From Podarcis tiliguerta (lineage: Eukaryota): a stretch of DNA of 64,000 bases. Below are positions 27,116 to 37,900 of this stretch, one piece after another. Each line of letters opens with the position of its first letter. Position 1 is the stretch's first letter. The notes under the pieces were generated by a model, which ran no database searches, was not told the DNA's origin, and worked only from the letters and a program-made list of their open reading frames with translations. The DNA lies in NCBI GenBank assembly GCA_965153285.1, contig OZ229113.1. The stretch is one strand, 5' to 3'. Position numbers and translations under genes: made by a program.

Positions 27116-30100
27116 GTAAGGGCAAATTATTTTTTAATTTCGTGGGATACCTCTTAAATACTATGATGCAGACCTCGATACCCCAATAAGGATTCTGGGT
27201 GCAAGGAAACCATTCATATTTAAGGTTTGAATCATCCCTCTTATAATGCTAGAGCCTGGGGCATGGGGTGGGAAGGTTATCCAATAAAGCTGAATTTTGG
27301 AAGATTCCGGGCAGACCAAAGGTAGTATTTCTTCAAACAACACATAGTTAATCTTTGGAGTTCACTCCCACAAGATGTGGTGATAGGTCACTAACTTGGA
27401 TGGATTTGAAAGAGGATTAGACAAAATTTTGGAGGAACAGGCTATCTTGATGGCTAAGTTCTATCTCCACTGTCAGACGCAGTATGTCTCTGTATTCCAG
27501 ATTCTGGGAATCACAAGCAGAGAGAGCACAGTTGCTCTCAAGTTATGCTTGCGAGTTTCCTATAGGCAACTGGTTGGCCACTATGAGAAGAAGATGCTGG
27601 ACTAGCTGAGCCTTTGGCTTGCTCCAGCTTGCCTCTCCTTATAGTGATGCCCCTGATAAGGATGTGTAGGAAGTACCCATATATTATTGCAGGTATGTGC
27701 AAATATGAGCAGGTGGAAGGGACCTGAGAAGCTTACACTTAAGAAAACAGTTGCTGCTCCACATCACTAACATTTATTGGTAAAAATGGTTTATTGGACT
27801 TGATAACTAATTCTAGTTCTGGTCACAGGTGCCCTTTTGTTTTGTTTTTCTTTCAGAGTACAGGTGTCCTGAGCACCCAGTATGAAGAGAAAGTCCGTCC
27901 ATGTATTGACCTTATTGATTCTCTGAGAACCCTCGGAGTGGAGAAGGACTTGGCATTGCCAGCAATTGCTGTGATTGGAGATCAAAGCTCAGGGAAAAGC
28001 TCAGTTCTGGAAGCTCTTTCTGGAGTCTCTCTTCCAAGGGGCAGTGGTGAGAATCCCCCACCCCCTGCTTTTCCTCTTTTTTCTCCATGAGTCAATGTGA
28101 TGCAATCATCAACCTCTATATTAAGATTGTCTTCAGAGTCTATCCCACCATCTGGGGCTCCCACCATCTGGTGTAAAGGGAGGTGGTTCTAAATGCAACC
28201 TGAAAAAAGAGACAATGCATGTATTTTTGTAAACATAAGAAATATTTTTTAAAAATATTTATTTTTTTAAAGAGAGGGCTTTCTTGGTGGTGGCACCCAG
28301 TTTATGACATGCTTTTCCTTGGGGAGATTCACCTGGCAACTCTTTTGCTACTTTGGGAGGACTTTTTATTTTTTCTGAGCCCTTTAAGTAACTTTCATTC
28401 CCATGAAATTGGTTTAATACTTTTTATTAGTCTTTTTCATCAGTTAATAGTTTTATATTGCTTGGTATCTATCCTCCCCTTTTGGTTGCTATCTGTTATA
28501 GGTGTCTTGGGAAATATTTTGTAATGCACAGGATATTACTCTCCCTATGACTAAACAGCTTTCTTTCCCTTCCTTCCTTCCTTCCTTCCGTCCTTCCTTC
28601 CTTCCTTCTTTCTTTCTTTCTGCCATTTGAAGGATGCAAAGACCCAACTATACTGATCATGGCACTTTCTTTGTGTCTAAAGACTTCAGTAGTGTTGTAA
28701 TGTTATGGGCTATGTCTGCTGTCGGTGGCAGTATGCCTCTGAATAGCAGTTACTGAGAATCACAAGTAGGGAGAGGGCTGTTACACGCAGGTTCTGCTTA
28801 CAGTCTTCCCATGGGCATCTGGTAGGCCACTGTGAGCGCTGGATGCTGGATTAGATGGGCCTTTGGCCTGAGCCAACAGGGCTCTTGCATTCTAAGTGTT
28901 CTACCTGCTGATACAACCAGTCTTTCCTTGGCCCACCCATGTTTTGGTGACATTCAAGATAGAGTAGGGCTCCCTTTGCCCTTCCCTGTCATCTTCCATT
29001 CCTTCATGCTTGCTTTTTCACTTTACAGGTATTGTTACAAGATGCCCCTTAGAGCTCAAGCTGAAGAAAACACACAACACGAAGGAATGGAAAGGGAAAA
29101 TTTCATATCTGAACACAGTGGAAGAAATGAATAGCTCGAGACAAGTGGAAGAACAAATCATTAGAGGTAACTGTCGCTGACAGTGCAATCCTATAGATGT
29201 TAACACAGAAGCACGTCTCACTGTTCAGGAGAGCTAGTTTGCACATCGATGCACATAGAATTGCTATCTAAATTACTTTTTTGTATATCCTCTAGTGGGC
29301 AGCCAAACAGATATTAAATTGTTACTAGGGTTGGGCTATACATAAGGAGTTTTTCTGTGATGGTTTTTAGTGTCTTCCTTTGCACCAAGCAGAAATTCCA
29401 AATGCTTGTCTTTGTAATTAGTTTCCTTTTATGCCTAGTCTATTATAGAAGAACACATTTCTGCTGAAGTGTTCACTTTTTGGTCTGTAGGAAGAGATTT
29501 TCCCACAATATTCCTGTACTGTTACAGTGGTACCTTGGGTTAAGAATTTAATTCGTTGTGGAGGTCCGTTCTTAACCCGAAACTGTTCTTAACCTGAGGT
29601 ACCACTTTAGCTTATAGGGCCTCCCGCTGCTGCCGCGCGATTTCTGTTCTCATCCTGAAGCAAAGTTCTTAACCCGAGGTACTACTTCCGGGTTAGCGGA
29701 GTCTGTAACCTGAAGCATCTGTAACCTGAAGTGTCTGTAACCTGAGGTCACACTGTACTTTGTTTTTCCTCCTATAATACAGCCCAGAATGCAATGGCTG
29801 GCTCAGGATCAGGCATTAGCTCAGAATTAATTAGCCTGGAAATCAGCTCCTCAGATGTTCCGGACCTGACTCTGATTGACCTGCCAGGAATTGCAAGAGT
29901 GGCTGTGGGTGATCAGCCAAAAGACATTGGACAGCAGGTAAAAAGAAGATTGTTTTCAGAACTGGTAGGATCCTGAAAATGAATTGGGTGGATACAGCAA
30001 GGTATGGGAGTGCCCACATGCTAAAGGTATGATGCCATTGGAGGTAAGGCTTGCATCTACAAGGGAGAAGGGATTTTATTGGTGGTGCTCCAGTTATGGA

Positions 30101-33086
30101 ATCCTAGGGGCAGAAGTGGGTGGCATGGTGGAGCACTGGTGCTCCTCTGACCTCCTGAGAGCTGCTTACAGGAAAGAGAGAGGTGAGGTGGTGGGGAGGT
30201 CAGGAAGGTTGAAACACACTAGCAAAACCAATCTGGCACTTCTGCTGGTGCACTTGCACTCTCCATCCAGGTAAGCATCAGTGACACAGTTGTCAGGAGC
30301 TTGGGTGAACACTGGCTGGAAGGCATGCCTCGTACCACCATTGATATATTTTTAAACATTTTCTACCACAGTTAAAAAAAATACTAGCAGTTTTTTATTT
30401 GCTGCTTGCTTTGTTTGCTTTATCTGTTGTTTTAATTTTTGTAATTGTTTGTAAATTGCATTGAAATCCTTGGTAGACATTGGAATATAAATAACACTGT
30501 AACACAGCAGTAGGAAACCTGATGTTGCTGGACTCAGACTCCCATCATCCCATGCTGGTTGGGGCTGATGGGTGTTAAAGTACAACAATGCTGATCACTT
30601 CCAATTCCTTGATTAGTTCAATACAGCAGTTATGTTAATAAATCCACTGCTTTGGCACAACAGATTCTTGTATTGTTCCAGTTTTGTACAAAATTTTGGT
30701 TGGCTGTATTTACTCATTTTATAAGGTGCCATATAACACAGCTCTTATTGTCTGAATTTTGTTACAGATAATAAAGTTAATTAAGAAGTATATTAACAAA
30801 CAAGAAACCATCAATTTGGTAGTGGTGCCAAGTAATGTAGACATTGCAACAACGGAGGCACTGAAAATGGCTCAAGAAGTAGATCCCACGGGGGAGAGAA
30901 CACTTGGTAAGTTAAATAAACACTTTAAAAAGTGATGGTGGTGTTTTTAACTACGGGGAGGACAAGTTATCACTGCAGGAATCCTACCACCCTGTTTGAT
31001 TTGCGTCATTCAGAATTTTATTTAGAGGTCTTACTGTAGCCTATTCACTTCTTAACATTTTGCCAAGCATCATTTCGCCAAGCATCTAATCAGTTTTTAC
31101 CATGATTTTGTGTTAGCCCTCAAATCAACCCTCTTTCTGCTGTATTTACTCAAATGGTGACTTATCAGCTGTATATTCTGTGAATATTCTAGACCTGCAG
31201 GCTGAATTCTTCTGGCTGATTCTGTTGCGGCTCTTTGCTGTTGTGAACTGCACATCTGTACAGAGAAATAGAAGAATATTGGGGGTTGGGTGGGAAGGAT
31301 GGACTCAGCATCAAGCAGTGTGGTCCAGAATCGGTGTGGGTCAAGGGCAGCAATTGTGGGTCCAAAGGAGCAGAGGCTGGTAACATGGTCCAAGACCATA
31401 GGTCAGGCTCCAGACAGCAGGCATGCTGAGGCAGCAGAAATCTGCATATCAGGCACTGACAGATTACACAGACTGGGGAGCCAAACCCAATATAGTACTT
31501 GTATTGGGCCAGCTGCCTTCCTATTGGTTCCACAGCTCATCTGATTCAGCTGGTCTGGCATTCTGCAGTCTGTTTCAGCGACCATCAGACTGCCCAATAG
31601 TCAGAGATGGTAGGACTTGGAAGTCTGAATGGCAACAGGCTAGTGAAGCTGTTCTGAAATCTTCTTGTTTGAGTGTTCCATGTGAACATTCTAAAACTGT
31701 TTTGTGAGAAAGAAAATCGCCCCCCCCCCCAATAAATACTTGAGATATAGGAGAAGAAAATGGTCTGTCCTCTTAAGTCATCTTTGGTAGGCAGGCCTCA
31801 AACGCACATGCTCTCACTTTGAAGTCCTCTGTTTCCTAATCCCAAAAATGTGGACAGTCACCATAATTTCACAGTGGTAAGGAGGTTCAGAGACACACTT
31901 TTCCCATACAGGTCCCATGGGTTCAAAGGTGACTTGATTCAGAATATGTACTACCTTTTCTCAAAATAAACCACCTAAAATAAGATACTTTTCTTCCTAT
32001 GCATCTATTATTTCACAGGCATCCTGACCAAGCCTGACTTGGTCGACAAGGGAACAGAGGTAGAGGTGGTCGACATAATCCGGAATCAAAGAGTCCCCCT
32101 GAGAAAAGGATATATGATCGTTAAGTGTCGTGGGCAAAGTGACATCAACGACAAAGTGACTTTGGGAGATGCAATTGAGAAAGAGAGAGAATTTTTCGAA
32201 GAGCACGATTTTTTCAGGTAGGCTTATTTTTAAAAAGAAAGAAAGAAAAATCCATTCGTTGTGGTCTTTGTTGGTTGAAATATAATGCCAAATTAAGTGA
32301 ACGTATGCAACCAATGCAAGCATCTGTTGGACACTTCAGCCTGCAGTACTCCACACACTGAGTCTGATCACTCCAAAGATTGTTTAAACCAGCCCCATTT
32401 GATTGAATATTGGGGCCTGCCTGCCTGCCTGTTTATCTGGATTATACTTGTGTCATACTTTTAAATTTAATTACTCACTCTTGTTTCCTGCTAGATCTCT
32501 TTTGGAGGAAGGCAGAGCTACCATCCCACTTTTGGCAGAAAGGCTTACACAGGAGCTGATAGAGCACATTAGCGTAAGAGAATACTGATTCATTTGAATA
32601 ACTAAATTTGTCAGTGCTTTGAAATAATTGTATTTACCTTGTCTTTGCTGGGAAGCATTTGCTCTGTATCTATTTTTAATGTCCACAAAAAACTTACATG
32701 TTTAGGAAAGCCTGTCCAAACATGTAAGTTAATATGTATTTTAATCTGTAATTTTAGTACATAATGTATATTTTTAATGATTGATTTTATTTATATTTCA
32801 TTTTTTTTAAAGAAAAAGAAAAATTGTTTTCAATCTTTGACTTCTATTGACAATTTTTTGCTTTAAAAAAAGAGTGGGAAAATGGCTGGAGGGGAAAGAG
32901 TTAAATAGCACCTTCTGCTTTCAATTCAAGATTTATACTGTAAAAAAAATACCAGCAGAGGAAAACTACATGTCGTTGGACATGTGACATGTCATTTTTA
33001 GTCCCAGGGCACAACTATATGTTGTATGCAAATGCATGTATCAGAAGTCCAATGATCTCCATTTCTCTAAAGAAAAACTATATGTG

Positions 33087-33117
<31 letters not shown>

Positions 33118-34904
33118 TATCTTGGTTGTCTAAATACATTCTGATTATAGGGTTGTGAATAAGACCTTCTGGCATGCTTTGGTGTGTTCCAAATACAAAG
33201 AAGTTGGTGGCTTCTATGTTTCACCACCAGTGTTAAGCAGCTGCAATAGCATTTATCTCAGTCAAGTGTCAGATTCTGTGAATGATTCTGTGAATTCACT
33301 CTGAAGAGGTGTTGAAACATTCTGAGACTGAATACTTTCCTTCTTGGTGCATGTCTGTCTTTCAGAAAACATTGCCAACTTTGCAAAAACAAATTAAGGA
33401 AAAGCTAGAGGTAACAAATGCAGAGCTGAAAAAATGTGGTCAAGATGTGCCTGAAAACACAGAAGAGATGACTTTCCTCATACAGGTAAATAAATGTGGG
33501 GTTTCCAATTTTATTTCTGGAATGCCTGAAAATTTTTAATATGTGTGTTTCTCAGGAAGCTGAAAACGAAGTACCTAAATATCAGTATCTAATTTTGGTA
33601 GAAGAGGTTTAGGCCTTGAACTCTGGCAGACATTTCCAAGTTTCAATGCAATAATGTACATTTAAAAAGAATGTTGATAATGAAAGACCAAATAAACAAC
33701 AACCATCCGGTGAAAAACAGAGGGTGGGGAGCATGTCCCTCTCCAGATGTTGCTGGACTCCTGACTAATGGTCAAGGGTGATGGGAGGTGATTTTGCATT
33801 AAAAGATTGGACAGCCATATGCTTCAATTGGACCAAAAGCATTGGTACAATACTAAGTTCCAAGGGCCATTATTATTATTATTATCATCATCATCGTCGT
33901 CATCACAGTGGTACCTCGGGCTACAAATGCTTCGGGTTACATACACTTCAGGTTACTCTGCTAACCCGGAGGTAGTACCTCGGGTTGCGAACTTTGCCCC
34001 AGGATGAGAACGGAAATCATGTGCTGGCAGCGCAGCGGCAGTGGGAGGCCCCATTAGCTAAAGTGGTGCTTCAGGTTAAGAACGGATCTCCGGAACGAAT
34101 TAAGTTCGTAACCCGAGGTACCACTATATAATGAATTAATTGATTGATTAATTAATTAATTAATTTTCTATACCGCCCTATACCCGAAGGTCCCATCGTC
34201 ATCAGCTATCCTTTCCCATCAATTATCTCTTTTATTACCTTGTGCATAGTGAATCTAAGTCTAGGCAGACAATAGTTAGGAGAGTTGAAAGTTATGTACA
34301 TTGCAAAACAGGTAGAAAGTCATGTAATGACTCTGCTGTGGGCTTCTCTTTAAATATTATGCCTCCTTCACCCTATATCATCTATTTGAAGGATATACTT
34401 TACTTAAGATGAGGATTGGCTACTTGTTGAAAAGTAACATCAGGGAACCACTTTAAGATTGTAAAGCTTATTTGCATGTGATTTGGGAAGCATTCTCTTT
34501 GTGCTGGTTTAGGAATGGTACTATGGAATATGAAAGGTGGTGCCTATCCTGAACATGATCCACTTCTCTTTTATTATTGTACTCTGCTCACTTGTATAAG
34601 CCATAAAGCTTAAGCCATCAAGTTCAAAGCCTAACGGGTTGACTGTCTGTGTCTTCTGCTGTCCCTTCATCCCCCACCCCGGTCCTTTTAATGGCTTGAC
34701 ATGGCTCCAGCATTTTGGTTTCTTCATTCTTTCCACAATCTATTCTCATTTCAGAGAGAAATTATCCTCACCTCATCTCCTATCCTATGTAAAACCTCAT
34801 TTGCATGTAATGCTTGGTGGCGAGTCTTGATGCTTTCTGGATAATCAATTCTTTTTCAAAAGATGTACATTGTAGCTGGACAGACTGAATTTATATATAA
34901 ATAT

Positions 34905-34954
<50 letters not shown>

Positions 34955-37900
34955 TTTTTACAGAAAATCAAGCTTTTTAATCAAGACATCTTAAATAATG
35001 TACAAGGAGAGGATTTAATGGATTTGAAAGAAACAAGATTGTTCACAAAAGTGCGAAATATCTTTAATCAATGGCAAGAGGAGATCAACAGCAATGCACT
35101 AAATGGTAAACTGTTTCAAATTTCTTATTTTTTTCCCTGCAAGTGAACACCCAGTTTTAACCTGAATTCTCATGCAGGCTGGGTACACGTCAGAGTGATA
35201 GCGTGCATGTAGTTTGCACAGACCCATTTTTCCCATATGCACTTTTGTGCATGTTTGTTCACACATGAGCATTTTCAGTTGAACTCTGATCTCAGTATTT
35301 CCTAGCCACACTTGTGGGTGGGTGCGGTACTTAATGGGATATATGCACATTATGTGCTGTTGTCCCTATCATCTCTGAATTCCAGAAACCTGTGGTTCAT
35401 TTTGGGCATTGTCACAGATATTTGTTTACCTGTGCATGCAGCCCATTTTTATTTTGCTTTTGAGATAGACGTCTTCCAATATCAAACTTGCAGAAAAGAG
35501 CAGGTTAAAAAAATGTGTGTTCTATAATTCATGGAGTAGCCATGATTATTAACTTCATCAGTACTGGAGCCTCGAAAGCTGAGGGTGATTACTTAATGCA
35601 ATTTTTTCAATGTTGCAGTAACAGATACTATGAAAGATGAAGTTCACAGCTATGAAAATATATATCGTGGTAAAGAACTCCCAGGGTTTATTAATTACAA
35701 GACCTTTGAGACCATTGTCAGACGACAAATTATGATGCTGAAATCGCCAGCTGTTGAAATGTTGGCGGATGTAGCAGGTACGTTTTACAGTAGCAACATG
35801 GTTTCTGTTTCTAATATCTGGTTTATGTAAAGGATTTCATGTGTGATTTTAGGAATATAATTTAGTCTGGAATATATCATTTCTGAATGTTGTTGACGTA
35901 CTGTTAATATAGAAATAGCAGTTTTAAAACAGAATAGTTTTTTAATTTTAATACACATAAGTATTGTGAATATTTTGATTGACAAATGCAGGGTAATCAA
36001 AACACTTTAAAAGTCACTTGCAGAAAAACAAATTATTCTCTGTTAAGAGCACTACCTTCTATAGTGCAATCTTATGCATGTCCACTCAAAAGTAAATGTC
36101 ACTAAATTTTATACCAGGTAATTAGGTATAGAATCGCAGCCTAAATGTTTAATTGGCTTTGTGAAAGTCAGTAACAGCTCATAATTTATTTGCATACACA
36201 ATTTAACCCAATGATCTTCATGACTTGTGTCCTTTTTTATATCTGCATATTGCTTAGCATATATTGGCCTTGAAAGGAAAGAATATATATATATATATAT
36301 ATGCTTTCGTAGATTTTCACGGGTACAGGAATGCAGGTTTTGGTGTCCTCGGGTGTCTTCCCGTGTAAAAGTTGGGGTGTCTAGGCGACGTTTCGACGAG
36401 GTCTCACTCGTCATCTTCAGGCTGGTGCTTTCGGCTTCTTGTTACTGGAACAGAGCAGGATCTCAGTGTTTGAGTTCCTATAAATACTGTTGAGGAGGTG
36501 TGGTGTATAGCCTCCAATGTTCTGGGCAGAGAGGAGGTTCCCAGGCTAGTGTGCCTTTTCTTCTTTTGTTCCTTAATTACACAGATAAATTACAGACACC
36601 ATCCAGTAGCCAAACCAGGGTGGCACCTCCGGATGCTGCACCCCCCTGCAATCCCTACACAGATCTGGCTGGCACAGGCCACAAAACCACAGCTCGCCCC
36701 TATACACGAAGCCAAGCCAGAGCACAACCAAGTGCAGTACAGCCATCTTCTCAGAAAAACTCTTCACAAAGTTCAAGAGTTCAAGACACGAAGGCTTTAG
36801 CAACTAATCCACACCTAATGACCCACCTAAGTGGGATTCAGGAAATCACTCAAGAAATCACTCAAGATATCCCTCAAGTAATTAAGGAACAAAAGAAGAA
36901 AAGGCACACTAGCCTGGGAACCTCCTCTCTGCCCAGAACATTGGAGGCTATACACCACACCTCCTCAACAGTATTTATAGGAACTCAAACACTGAGATCC
37001 TGCTCTGTTCCAGTAACAAGAAGCCGAAAGCACCAGCCTGAAGATGACGAGTGAGACCTCGTCGAAACGTCGCCTAGACACCCCAACTTTTACACGGGAA
37101 GACACCCGAGGACACCAAAACCTGCATATATATATGCATATCATATATATATGTGAAAATCTACGAAAGCATATATATATATATATATATATGAGATTGA
37201 GCACAGTAATAATTGATTATTATGCCACAATAATTGATTATTATGCCACAATCTTACATGTCTTCTGTCAGTTGATCATTCTGATCCTAATTCTAACAAA
37301 ATACTTCCTAGGAAGCAATTCCCATTAATATTGTTTACTTGATTTTCCCAGTCTCTCTGTCTTTCTCAGCATATTGTACACACACAAGCACTCTAATCTG
37401 CATGCATGCCTCTGAGTAGAAGGTTGGGTTAACGGTAGACACAATAGCAAGAGTGGTCATTCTTTTCTGACATGTTGCACAATTTAACTGATGTGAACAC
37501 ATGTGTGTGCAGGGGCGCTGACTTGCTCCCCACATGTGGGGTGGGGGCAGCAGGCCAGTCTTGCCCAGCAGTGGTGGGGGACGGCGGCCCCCTAACTATT
37601 GGGGGGGCTCAGCCTCCTGCCCATAAATAGTGTTGGCACCCCTATGTGTGTGTGTTGGTAGAGGTGAAGGTGTGTAAAGACACAAGCCCAGGGCCCCAGT
37701 TTTTTCCAACAATACACAGGACAGTATATTATTTACTTTGGCCAGTTGCTTAGGAATTTTAGCCACAATTTTTCTCTTAAGATTTTGTGCCTTTAAATGG
37801 TTCTCCCCGTTTTCTAGAACTTGTGTGGGAAAATTTTATTCAAACTGCCTCCCAACACTTTGGTGCTTTCTACAATCTTCTGAGAGCTGCTCAGGTAAGA

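Larger units (their letters stand above)
36303..37170. mobile_element. Penelope-like element (PLE) 3' end with inverted pseudo-LTR, flanked by (TA)n
   Basis: 250-bp inverted arms 36331-36580 / 36878-37127 plus 18-bp outer arms; each arm carries a hammerhead motif; (TA)n on both flanks. Confidence 0.8.

Noticed and set aside
36500-37054. 184-aa ORF across the palindrome spacer
   Set aside because: Low complexity, no RT or GIY-YIG motifs; lies within the repeat
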